The translations under genes were made by a program, and so were the position numbers. Below, one piece after another: positions 27,630 to 36,562 of a stretch of 64,000 bases of DNA (position 1 is its first letter; each line of letters starts with the position of its first letter). The notes under the pieces are model-generated. The model ran no database searches. It saw nothing but the letters and a program-made list of their open reading frames with translations, and was not told where the DNA came from. The stretch lies in the NCBI GenBank assembly GCA_019694675.1, contig JAIBBK010000035.1, positions 77,579-141,578 of the forward strand. The letters are read 5' to 3'. This DNA comes from Ignavibacteria bacterium. GTDB lineage: Bacteria; Bacteroidota; Ignavibacteria; Tepidaquicellales; Tepidaquicellaceae.

Positions 27630-29924
27630 ATGAACAAAGCAATAAGTTTCAGACTCTTACTTACCCTGTTCATTCTGTTATCGGCAACGGGTTTAACATT
27701 AAGGGACAGCAAGTTGGTTAATACAGGAACTGCGCAGGCCTCAGAAGCGCAGTCAGTATGGACAGATGCAAATGAATCTGCAATTGTACTGAAAGGAGAA
27801 AGAAGAATTGTTCCGGAAAATTACAGAACCGTTAGGGCGAATCTTCCGGCTCTCAGAATGGAGCTTTCTTCCGCACCTCACGAAGGATCTGACCGAAGTC
27901 CGGTTGTGATCTCACTGCCAAGCCCCGACGGCCGCATTTCAACTTTCAGCGCCGTGGAATATTCAATGATGGAGCCCGGGTTGTCTGCAAAGTATCCCGA
28001 CATCAAAACATACCTGATACAGGGAATAAGCGATCCGTATGCTTCAGGAACTGTGGACATCACGGTTCACGGATTTCATGCAATGGTTCTAACACCCAAA
28101 GGAGATTACTTCATTGATCCTTATTCTTCAAACGAGACCGAGCATTATATAAGCTATTACAAAACCGCGCTTGCAAACAGGCACAGCTTTGAGTGCCTGA
28201 CGGATGAAATAGTGTCAGATCTTTCACCTGTTGCTCCGTCATACAGGGGTGCTATAGTTTGCGGCCCGGAACTGAGGACATACAGGCTTGCAATGGCTGC
28301 AACAGGCGAGTACACAGCTTTCCACGGCGGAACAGTTCCACAGGGCATAGCCGCTATAGTTACGGCAATGAACAGAGTGAACGGAGTTTACATCAAGGAC
28401 CTTTGCATAAGAATGACACTGATCGCAAACAATGATCTGATCGTGTACACGAATTCAAGCACTGACCCGTACACGAACAGCAACGGCGGAGCAATGCTTT
28501 CGCAGAATCAGTCCAATCTTGACAATGTGATCGGGTCAGCAAATTATGACATCGGCCATGTGTTCAGCACAGGAGGAGGAGGCATTGCATTCCTCAGATG
28601 TGTTTGCGTTCCCGGCATCAAGGCACAGGGAGTGACAGGCCTTCCGCAGCCGACAGGCGATCCGTTCTACATTGATTATGTTGCACATGAAGTCGGCCAT
28701 CAATACGGCGGAAATCACACATTCAACAGCGAAGTAAGCTCGTGCGGTGGCGGAAACAGAAACGCCGGAACCGCATGGGAGCCCGGAAGCGGAAGCACGA
28801 TCATGGCTTATGCAGGAATCTGCGGAAGCCATAACCTGCAAAACAACAGCGACGATTACTTTCACACAGGAAATTTTTCAGAGATCCAGCAGTTCATACA
28901 GTTCGGAACAGGAAACTCGTGCGCCGTGATAACAAACTCAGGCAATACACCTCCGAGCATTACGATGCCTCCCGGCGGATGGGTGATTCCGGTGAGAACA
29001 CCGTTCCAGCTGACAGGTACTGCGACCGATGCTGAGACGCCGAATTCGCTTACATACTGCTGGGAAGAGATGGACATCGGCCCTCCCGGTTCTCCGAACA
29101 GTCCTTCCGGTGATGCTCCGATCTTCAGGTCATTCAAACCCGATACTTCGGGCACAAGGTATTTTCCAAGACTGTCCAACATTCTCAATAACACTCAGAC
29201 GATCGGCGAGATACTTCCGACATACTCGAGAAACCTCACATTCAGGCTTACGGTAAGGGACAACAACGCAACCGCAGGAGGGGTCAATAATGAGATCATC
29301 TTCTTCACCGCTGATGCAGCAGCGGGACCGTTCCTTGTTACGTATCCGAATACTTCTGTGACACTTAACTCCAATGTGCCGCAGACGATCACCTGGGATG
29401 TTGCAAACACGAATGCCACGCCAGTGAACTGCGCAAATGTAAACATCAAGCTTTCAACAGACGGAGGGCTGACTTTCCCGGTCACACTTGCAGGCAACAC
29501 GCCGAACGACGGCACTCAAAGCGTGAATCTCCCCAGCATAAACAACAGTACTGCCAGGATCAAGATTGAGGCGGTCGGAAATGTATTCTTCGATCTTTCG
29601 AACACAAACTTCACTATCTCAAATCAGGTATCTGTAACAAACAACGGAACAGGCATTCCTGAGAAGTATTCTCTTTCGCAGAATTTTCCGAATCCGTTCA
29701 ATCCTGCAACCAGACTGACGTTTGCGTTGCCTGAGAACGGCAATGTGGAGCTGAAAGTATATGACATTTCCGGAAAGGAAGTTGCAGTGCTTGTTAACGG
29801 CATCTTCAGTGCAGGATCATACAGCGTTAACTTTGACGCCGGAAAACTTTCCAGCGGAGTGTATGTCTATGTTATCCGTTCCGGTAATTTCACGGAAACT
29901 AAAAGGATGACTTTGCTGAAGTAG
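27630..29924 (+). CDS. secreted metzincin-type zinc metalloprotease with a T9SS type-A sorting domain
   Basis: ATG 27630 gives the signal-like MNKAISFRLLLTLFILLSATG. HExxHxxGxxH motif YVAHEVGHQYGGNHTFN. C-terminal SQNFPNPFNPATRLTFALP ... SSGVYVYVI ... KRMTLLK. Confidence 0.8.
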   Translation: MNKAISFRLLLTLFILLSATGLTLRDSKLVNTGTAQASEAQSVWTDANESAIVLKGERRIVPENYRTVRANLPALRMELSSAPHEGSDRSPVVISLPSPDGRISTFSAVEYSMMEPGLSAKYPDIKTYLIQGISDPYASGTVDITVHGFHAMVLTPKGDYFIDPYSSNETEHYISYYKTALANRHSFECLTDEIVSDLSPVAPSYRGAIVCGPELRTYRLAMAATGEYTAFHGGTVPQGIAAIVTAMNRVNGVYIKDLCIRMTLIANNDLIVYTNSSTDPYTNSNGGAMLSQNQSNLDNVIGSANYDIGHVFSTGGGGIAFLRCVCVPGIKAQGVTGLPQPTGDPFYIDYVAHEVGHQYGGNHTFNSEVSSCGGGNRNAGTAWEPGSGSTIMAYAGICGSHNLQNNSDDYFHTGNFSEIQQFIQFGTGNSCAVITNSGNTPPSITMPPGGWVIPVRTPFQLTGTATDAETPNSLTYCWEEMDIGPPGSPNSPSGDAPIFRSFKPDTSGTRYFPRLSNILNNTQTIGEILPTYSRNLTFRLTVRDNNATAGGVNNEIIFFTADAAAGPFLVTYPNTSVTLNSNVPQTITWDVANTNATPVNCANVNIKLSTDGGLTFPVTLAGNTPNDGTQSVNLPSINNSTARIKIEAVGNVFFDLSNTNFTISNQVSVTNNGTGIPEKYSLSQNFPNPFNPATRLTFALPENGNVELKVYDISGKEVAVLVNGIFSAGSYSVNFDAGKLSSGVYVYVIRSGNFTETKRMTLLK

Positions 29925-29972
29925 TCTCAGCAGGGACCCGAAAGTACAGTCATAAGAAATACGTAAGAAGGC

Positions 29973-30005
29973 AATGCGGGACGATCAGTTCCGCATTGTT
30001 TCATT
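29973..30005 (+). terminator. probable terminator after the metzincin gene
   Basis: Stem AATGCGG / CCGCATT (29973-29979 and 29991-29997) followed by GTTTCATT. Confidence 0.45.
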
Positions 30006-30035
30006 AATCATAAACCCAAAACAAGAACGAAGCAA

Positions 30036-31700
30036 ATGTGCGGCATCATAGGTGTGTTCAAACTCAGGAACGAAGAAGACGGAATGAGGTCTCAGGTCCT
30101 CGGAATGTCAAAGAAACTCAGGCACAGAGGCCCTGACTGGTCCGGTATCTACTGCGGCAGATCGGCCATACTTGCGCATGAAAGACTTGCCATTGTAGAT
30201 GTTCAGAGTGGTAAGCAACCGCTGTTCGGAAATGACGGGAAGCTTGTCCTTGCAGTGAACGGAGAGATCTACAACCACAGGGAGATCAGGGAGAAATACG
30301 GAGACTACAACTTCCTCACACATTCCGACTGTGAAGTGATCCTTCCGCTGTATTTGGAAAAGGGAAGCGATTTTCTCGAAGACCTAAACGGAATATTTGC
30401 ATTTGCGCTGTATGATTCGGAGAACGATCATTACTTCATTGCCCGCGACCATATCGGGATCATACCGCTTTACACGGGCTGGGATGAACACGGTCATTTT
30501 TACGCGGCTTCCGAACTGAAAGCGCTCGAGGGAATATGCAGGAAGATTGAGGAGTTTCCTCCGGGACATTACATTGACAGCCGGAAAGGAACCGAGCCGG
30601 TAAAATGGTATGAAAGAAACTGGTCATCTTTTGAGAATGTAAAGGACAACACTTCAGATACTGCTCAGCTCAGGACAGCGCTGGAGAATACGGTGCACAG
30701 GCAACTCATGAGTGATGTACCGTACGGCGTTCTGCTTTCCGGCGGCCTGGATTCATCCATCATAGCCGCGGTAACAAAGAAGTTTGCTGCGTACAGAGTG
30801 GAAACGGACGACAAACAGCAGGCCTGGTATCCTCAGCTTCATTCATTTGCGATCGGACTTGAAGGCGCCCCCGACCTGTTTGCTGCAAGAGAAGTAGCCG
30901 GGCATATCGGCTCGGTCCATCATGAGATCAACTTCACAATACAGGAGGGACTCGATGCACTGAGAGATGTCATTTACCACATTGAAACATACGACGTAAC
31001 CACGGTAAGGGCAAGCACACCCATGTACCTCCTTGCAAGAGTGATCCGCTCAATGGGGATCAAGATGGTACTTTCGGGAGAAGGCTCTGACGAACTCTTC
31101 GGAGGTTATCTGTACTTTCACAAAGCCCCGGACGCGAAGGCATTTCATGAAGAGACAGTGAGAAAACTCGGCAAGCTTCATCTTTATGACTGTTTGCGTG
31201 CAAACAAGTCGCTTTGCTCATGGGGAGTAGAGGGAAGAGTTCCTTTCCTTGACAAAGAGTTCATTGACGTTGCGATGCGCCTGAATCCAAAGGATAAAAT
31301 GGCTGGAAACGGTAAGATAGAGAAGTGGATTCTTAGAGAAGCATTCAAGGATTATCTGCCGGAGAACATTTTATGGAGGCAGAAAGAGCAGTTCAGCGAC
31401 GGAGTCGGATACAGCTGGATAGACACACTGAAGGCAATGGTGAACGAGAAAGTCACAGATGATCAGCTTGCAAAAGCGAAATACAGATTCCCCGTTAATC
31501 CCCCGATGAATAAGGAAGAATACTATTACAGATCGATCTTTGCCGAGCACTTCCCTTCCGATACAGCGGCGGCTTGCGTACCTTCTGTTCCATCGGTTGC
31601 ATGCAGTTCGCCGGTTGCGCTTGAGTGGGACGAGTCATTCAAGAAGATGAATGATCCATCGGGAAGGGCTGTGAAACAGGTGCATATGAAAAGTTATTAG
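30036..31700 (+). CDS. asnB: asparagine synthase (glutamine-hydrolysing)
   Basis: 554 aa. N-terminal nucleophile MCGIIGVF and PP-loop LLSGGLDSSIIAA. Confidence 0.92.
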   Translation: MCGIIGVFKLRNEEDGMRSQVLGMSKKLRHRGPDWSGIYCGRSAILAHERLAIVDVQSGKQPLFGNDGKLVLAVNGEIYNHREIREKYGDYNFLTHSDCEVILPLYLEKGSDFLEDLNGIFAFALYDSENDHYFIARDHIGIIPLYTGWDEHGHFYAASELKALEGICRKIEEFPPGHYIDSRKGTEPVKWYERNWSSFENVKDNTSDTAQLRTALENTVHRQLMSDVPYGVLLSGGLDSSIIAAVTKKFAAYRVETDDKQQAWYPQLHSFAIGLEGAPDLFAAREVAGHIGSVHHEINFTIQEGLDALRDVIYHIETYDVTTVRASTPMYLLARVIRSMGIKMVLSGEGSDELFGGYLYFHKAPDAKAFHEETVRKLGKLHLYDCLRANKSLCSWGVEGRVPFLDKEFIDVAMRLNPKDKMAGNGKIEKWILREAFKDYLPENILWRQKEQFSDGVGYSWIDTLKAMVNEKVTDDQLAKAKYRFPVNPPMNKEEYYYRSIFAEHFPSDTAAACVPSVPSVACSSPVALEWDESFKKMNDPSGRAVKQVHMKSY

Positions 31701-31777
31701 ACAAATATCAATAAACGCAGTCCAGCAGTCTTAAGGCGATTCATGATTCATTTGTTTCTTTTTAATATTGCTCAGGG

Positions 31778-31785
31778 TAATTTTG
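31778..31785 (+). promoter_or_regulatory. candidate -7 box (TAnnTTTG) for the cysteine synthase-family gene
   Basis: TAATTTTG, 21 nt upstream of ATG 31807. A TTTG lies at 31751-31754 as a possible -33 element. Confidence 0.3.
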
Positions 31786-31806
31786 TCAAACTGATAACTG
31801 AGAAAC

Positions 31807-32910
31807 ATGATAACCGAAGAGCTTGACCGCGAATCATTAAAGAGGAAATTCAATTCGCTCGGCCACTTGATAGGCAACACTCCACTGCTTGAGATAAGGT
31901 TCAGTTATAAGAACAGGAAGAGAAGGATATTTGCAAAGTACGAAAGCCTGAACATGACGGGAAGCATAAAGGACAGGATGGCATTTAAAATTCTCAAAGA
32001 GTCATATGAAAACGGACTTCTCAGACCGGGTGACATGATAGCTGAAGCAACAAGCGGCAATACCGGAATTTCATTCTCGGCGCTTGGAAGAGCTCTTGGA
32101 CACAGCGTTATGATATTCATGCCCGACTGGATGAGCCGGGAAAGAGTTGACCTCATTCACAGCTTCGGAGCACAGATCACACCGGTCACAAAGGAACAGG
32201 GCGGATTCATCGGAAGCATTGCACTCGCAGACGAACTTGTAAAAAATAATGACAGAGTTTTCCTTCCCCATCAGTTCTCGAATGATGCAAACATCAAAGC
32301 TCACTACGAGACAACCGGGCCGGAGATCTGGTGGCAGCTTCAGTTCAAAGGACTTGTACCGGATGCATTCACGGCAGGAATAGGCACGGGTGGGACAGTC
32401 ATGGGAACAGGGTCTTATCTTAAGAAAATAAAACCCTCAGTGAAGATTCACCCTATGGAGCCGGCCGAATCACCAACGATGAAAACGGGACACAAGACCG
32501 GAAAGCACAGAATACAGGGGATTTCAGATGAGTTCATTCCGCCGATCGTTGATCTTAGCTCGCTTGACGAAATAATTGATGTGAACGACGGAGATGCGAT
32601 CATTATGTCTCAGAAACTTGCAAAGATAGGATTGGCTGTTGGCATTTCTTCAGGCGCAAACTTCGTTGCCGCTCTGAAAGCTCAGAATGAGATAGGCGAA
32701 GAGGCAATAGTGGCAACAGTGTTTCCTGATTCGAACAAGAAATATCTCAGCACAGATCTTCTTCACAGTGAAGAATTAAGAGACGGCTATTTGTCAGGAG
32801 ACGTTGAGCTGGAGTCTTTCTCTGCAACCAAAAGAGTTTGTCACACATGCTGTGACATGTATGAGTGCGAACAGAAACTTATGAACGTTGAATTTCCAAA
32901 TGAGAAATAA
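31807..32910 (+). CDS. cysteine synthase-family PLP enzyme with a 48-aa Cys-rich C-terminal extension
   Basis: 367 aa. PLP-lysine motif [25 protein letters not shown] and [12 protein letters not shown]. The canonical fold ends near KKYLSTDLL, followed by HSEEL...[26 protein letters not shown]. Confidence 0.75.
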   Translation: MITEELDRESLKRKFNSLGHLIGNTPLLEIRFSYKNRKRRIFAKYESLNMTGSIKDRMAFKILKESYENGLLRPGDMIAEATSGNTGISFSALGRALGHSVMIFMPDWMSRERVDLIHSFGAQITPVTKEQGGFIGSIALADELVKNNDRVFLPHQFSNDANIKAHYETTGPEIWWQLQFKGLVPDAFTAGIGTGGTVMGTGSYLKKIKPSVKIHPMEPAESPTMKTGHKTGKHRIQGISDEFIPPIVDLSSLDEIIDVNDGDAIIMSQKLAKIGLAVGISSGANFVAALKAQNEIGEEAIVATVFPDSNKKYLSTDLLHSEELRDGYLSGDVELESFSATKRVCHTCCDMYECEQKLMNVEFPNEK

Positions 32911-33401
32911 TGACGGACGATTACAGGATACCGGCCGGCACTTCTATCGGGCATGTTCATCTTAAGGTATCTGACATTCAGAGGTCTTTAAATTTTTATT
33001 GCGGTATTCTGGGATTTGAGCTTATGCAGATGTACGGAGATGATGCGGCATTCGTTTCCGCCGGCGGTTATCACCATCACATCGGGCTCAATACATGGCT
33101 GAGCAGGAACAAGCCGTCGGCATCTCCATACGCTCCGGGATTGTTTCATGCGGCAATACTTTACCCGACAAGAAAGGACCTGGCGGCAATTTACCGGCGA
33201 CTGCTTGAAGCCGGATACCCTTTGACCGGAGCATCAGACCACGGAGTTTCCGAGGCGATATACCTCAACGACCCTGACAGGAACGGCCTTGAACTTTACA
33301 GGGACAGGAAGCCAGCCGAGTGGCCGAGAAACAGTGACGGAAGCCTGAGGATGATCACGGAGGAACTGGACCTGAACGGACTGCTCAGAGAACTTGACTG
33401 A
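32910..33401 (+). CDS. VOC-superfamily protein (glyoxalase/extradiol dioxygenase-like, CatE-type)
   Basis: 163 aa. IGHVHLKVSDIQRSLNFY ... GYHHHIGLN ... HGVSEAIYLNDPDRNGLELY. The start shares a base with the upstream stop (TAATG). Confidence 0.7.
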   Translation: MTDDYRIPAGTSIGHVHLKVSDIQRSLNFYCGILGFELMQMYGDDAAFVSAGGYHHHIGLNTWLSRNKPSASPYAPGLFHAAILYPTRKDLAAIYRRLLEAGYPLTGASDHGVSEAIYLNDPDRNGLELYRDRKPAEWPRNSDGSLRMITEELDLNGLLRELD

Positions 33402-33498
33402 GTATTCCGAATGACTGCATTTTAAGAAGAGCAGAACCGCAAGCAAGTCAAACCGAGATTCTGGAGTTTCATTAACGGAAGCATAAAACACAAGCAAT

Positions 33499-33885
33499 AT
33501 GAAGTTCAACACGTCGGCAGTCATTTTCAGCGTAAGGGATGTTCACGCATCCATGAACTACTACAGGGAAAAGTTAGGGTTCAGAGAGTACTTCACATTC
33601 GGAGATTACGGAGGAATGATGATTGGAGATGTGGAAGTTCATTTCGCCGGCCCGTCAATACAAAGCAACAGAGTGACCGGAGAAAGCAGTGTGTATATAT
33701 TCTGTGAAGGGATTGATGAGTACTATCACCTCCTTGAAGCAACAGGCGCCATGATCGTTGACCCCATCATGAGCTACCCGTACGGCATGCGGGATTTTGT
33801 TGTTGAGGATCCTGACGGGAATCTAATTACATTCGGACAGCAGATCGACCCGGAAGGAAGGCTCATCTATAAAGGCAATCAATAA
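33499..33885 (+). CDS. VOC-superfamily protein (glyoxalase/bleomycin-resistance-like)
   Basis: 128 aa. FSVRDVHASMNYYREKLGF ... MRDFVVEDPDGNLITFGQ. Confidence 0.7.
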   Translation: MKFNTSAVIFSVRDVHASMNYYREKLGFREYFTFGDYGGMMIGDVEVHFAGPSIQSNRVTGESSVYIFCEGIDEYYHLLEATGAMIVDPIMSYPYGMRDFVVEDPDGNLITFGQQIDPEGRLIYKGNQ

Positions 33886-34098
33886 GACCTTAATATCATA
33901 CATTTCAAGTTGTAAATCCTGCCTGCAAATCAGGCGGTTGGCGTGCACAGCCGCGGCTTTCTAAACTGATTTCACACAGTCAAACAGCCGGCCGCTGATC
34001 AACGCTCAATATACATTGCCACGGCATTCACACTGTGATTTGGAAAGCATGCACAGTTGGTTTTGTATTCTGTTTACCGCACACTCAACCGAATGTGA

Positions 34099-34992
34099 TC
34101 AGTTCCTTCGCGTCTTGTAAACGAAAGTATTTCCGCTCATGAAAAAGAAAGTATTGTCTCTTACGTATAACCAGTCATTGACGTCAATAAACTTGTCAAG
34201 ATTCAGATCGTACGGAGAAAACCCTGTCTTCTTTCCGAAACTCAGTTCAATTGACCTCAAATCAGAAAAGTCAACAAAATTATCCCAGGTTGAAATTCTG
34301 TCACCCGCAGAAACATCGGATTCAGGAACATCGCCGCTTGGAATGGTCCATACAGTGGAGCCGTTTATCGAAGGCAGTTCCATCATCGGATAAGATGTAA
34401 GGCTCGGGTGTATATGCGCCTTTTGCCAGTTGTCCGTGAAGTCCCAGGAAATAGTGTTTGCGGTCGTGACGGCGAATGATTTCATGACTGTTCCGTTATC
34501 GGCAGCTACAACTGAGTTCCCGTTGTATGCATGCACTATCAGAAAGTAATTTCGGTGGGGTGCAACTGTAATGCTGAACATATTTCCATCCATATCTTTC
34601 ACGAAGCCGTCCTTGTTCAGATATCCCGGAAGGCTGTATGATATATTATAGTCTGCTGTCCGCATTTCAACATAAACCCAGCAAATGAAGTCATTTGGTA
34701 TTGAAGACACCTGATAATCCGACTGCATAGGCCACCATTTAGACTGATAAAGATTTGAGTAGCCAAAAAGGTCCTTTGGTCTCAGAGGAGTGAATTGCCT
34801 TAGATCGTTCTTCATGAAGCCGTCCCTTGCAGACCAGTAAATGTCAACAAACAGCTTTACGTTCAGAGTGATTGTAGTGCCGGGCGCCGCCTGCGGAAGA
34901 ATGTTTCCGGTTGAATCCCGGACCATTACATCGGGTTGCGCAAACAATGAAGAAGCGAACAAGAGCATTACAAAAGTGGCAAAGATCTTCAT
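34099..34992 (-). CDS. secreted hypothetical protein with a C-terminal dockerin-like calcium-loop segment
   Basis: 297 aa. Signal peptide MKIFATFVMLLFASSLFAQP. YDLNLDKFIDVNDWLYV fits DxNxDxxIDxxD. A weaker upstream loop is DVSAGDRISTWD. No T9SS motif. Confidence 0.55.
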   Translation of the reverse strand: MKIFATFVMLLFASSLFAQPDVMVRDSTGNILPQAAPGTTITLNVKLFVDIYWSARDGFMKNDLRQFTPLRPKDLFGYSNLYQSKWWPMQSDYQVSSIPNDFICWVYVEMRTADYNISYSLPGYLNKDGFVKDMDGNMFSITVAPHRNYFLIVHAYNGNSVVAADNGTVMKSFAVTTANTISWDFTDNWQKAHIHPSLTSYPMMELPSINGSTVWTIPSGDVPESDVSAGDRISTWDNFVDFSDLRSIELSFGKKTGFSPYDLNLDKFIDVNDWLYVRDNTFFFMSGNTFVYKTRRN

Positions 34993-35069
34993 AGGAGTTC
35001 TTCCTTGGATTTTTGAATTGGGTTTTTAGTGCAGAGCTTTATTATAAAAATTATATACCCTAAGATTCG

Positions 35070-35846
35070 TCACTTCACGAGGATCGCTCTTCGTGTGATA
35101 GAAATGCCTTCAGACATCATCCTCACAAAATAAGCTCCGCTCGGCAAATCCGCTGCGTTCCAGTCAAGGGAATAAGAACCGGATCCCAGATACCCGCTGA
35201 CCAGGTTTCTCACAAATCTCCCGTTTTGATCATAGACACTGATCTCAATGCCGGACGATCTCGGAAGCGAAAATTCAAATTTTGTGGTAGGATTGAACGG
35301 ATTAGGATAGTTCTGTATGAGTGAAAAATCATCAGGTGTATTGCCTGTGACCGGCGAAACACCGGTAAGATCACCGATGACAAGTTCAACTTCGTTTGAT
35401 ACGTTAGGTATTGTTCCTCCTGCATGGATATACATGAGTTTTCTCTCGGGAACTGTTTTCCTCGGATTCAGTATGTTAACATTGAAACCGAGTGTTACAA
35501 GAAGTTTCTCTTCATTTGGCTGGACAAACAAGCTGTCAGTCGGAATTACGGCTGCAACAACCCTTATCTGATCATACATCCATAGCGCTGCATTGTTTGT
35601 TCCGAGTCCCTGTGCGCTGAATATTGTCCATACAGAATCAGCCGGTACCCAGAGATTGTCTGTAAGAATTGCAGTCTCCACACCTGCCAGCCTGATCGGC
35701 TCGGCGCGGAGGTTCTTGAGATATAATGAGCATGTGTATCCTTCAGGGATCTGCCGGAAGTCTTTTACAAATACCTGGTAATTGATATCTGCATGAGCAG
35801 ATGCCGTAGCTGAGAGGATAAAGAGTGAAAGTATGAAGATCTTCAT
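35070..35846 (-). CDS. secreted beta-sandwich-like protein of unknown family with a T9SS type-A sorting domain
   Basis: ATG 35846 gives the signal peptide MKIFILSLFILSATASAHA; the 34 upstream codons of the ORF are unlikely to be real. IQNYPNPFNPTTKFEFSLP ... PSGAYFVRM ... RRAILVK. Confidence 0.75.
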   Translation of the reverse strand: MKIFILSLFILSATASAHADINYQVFVKDFRQIPEGYTCSLYLKNLRAEPIRLAGVETAILTDNLWVPADSVWTIFSAQGLGTNNAALWMYDQIRVVAAVIPTDSLFVQPNEEKLLVTLGFNVNILNPRKTVPERKLMYIHAGGTIPNVSNEVELVIGDLTGVSPVTGNTPDDFSLIQNYPNPFNPTTKFEFSLPRSSGIEISVYDQNGRFVRNLVSGYLGSGSYSLDWNAADLPSGAYFVRMMSEGISITRRAILVK

Positions 35847-35869
35847 ATTTCCTGCACATTTGTTCTGTA

Positions 35870-35877
35870 CAAATTTA
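35870..35877 (-). promoter_or_regulatory. candidate -7 box (TAnnTTTG) for the T9SS beta-sandwich protein gene
   Basis: The minus strand reads TAAATTTG, 23 nt upstream of ATG 35846. This supports the shorter gene model. Confidence 0.3.
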
Positions 35878-35960
35878 ACTGAATCGGATATTAAATATGC
35901 AAACAAAATCTTTTCTTTTTTCAGGCGGCTGTCCCTTCCGGAAATCACAGCGCATCTTGC

Positions 35961-36410
35961 CTATCTTGAGGGGGGTGAAGTGAGCATCTTTTTCAGAAGA
36001 TATTCACCGTTCTTTCCGGGAACCCAGACAGCCCTGAAGTTTCCCTGTGCGTCAATAGTGTCAGAATGCATCACAACTGACTGCCGGTAGCTTCCTTTCT
36101 GCACAATGCTGTCGCCGAACTCGTCCAGGGATATGCTTTTGGATTCATTTGCCAGCACGGTCACTTCGCCCTCGAAAGACGCAAAGTAGTTGCGTATAGT
36201 TTCCCTTCCCGATATCGAATTGCTTCCCTCAACACCGAGCATCCCGTCTTCCGTGAACAGCGATGAAATGGAATCAGCATTCATTGTTGTCATCAGCCGG
36301 TCATACTTTGCAAGTGAAGTATTGGGATCGCCGGCAGTTTTTTTGCCGCAGGAAGTGACCAAGATTACCATACAGATTACAGATGCAAATATCCGGCCGA
36401 TGTTATTCAT
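35961..36410 (-). CDS. lipoprotein, NTF2/SnoaL-like (DUF4440-like) fold suspected
   Basis: 149 aa. Lipobox-like MNNIGRIFASVICMVILVTSCGKK. The size and alpha+beta pattern resemble SnoaL-like proteins. The fold call is weak. Confidence 0.45.
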   Translation of the reverse strand: MNNIGRIFASVICMVILVTSCGKKTAGDPNTSLAKYDRLMTTMNADSISSLFTEDGMLGVEGSNSISGRETIRNYFASFEGEVTVLANESKSISLDEFGDSIVQKGSYRQSVVMHSDTIDAQGNFRAVWVPGKNGEYLLKKMLTSPPSR

Positions 36411-36462
36411 GCTGTTTATGATTTAAGTTAGATGTAGCTGTAACTTAGGAAATATGTGCATT

Positions 36463-36478
36463 CATTTGAATTCAAATG
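36463..36478. promoter_or_regulatory. 16-bp perfect palindrome, candidate operator upstream of the NTF2-like lipoprotein gene
   Basis: CATTTGAATTCAAATG is its own reverse complement and lies 53-68 nt upstream of the ATG at 36410. Confidence 0.3.
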
Positions 36479-36562
36479 CTTATCCTGATCCAAATTAACT
36501 GACCCGATTCCAGTGTCAGTTCAAACTCATGCCGCGAATGCCGGCTGAAAAGAACAGGTAAA

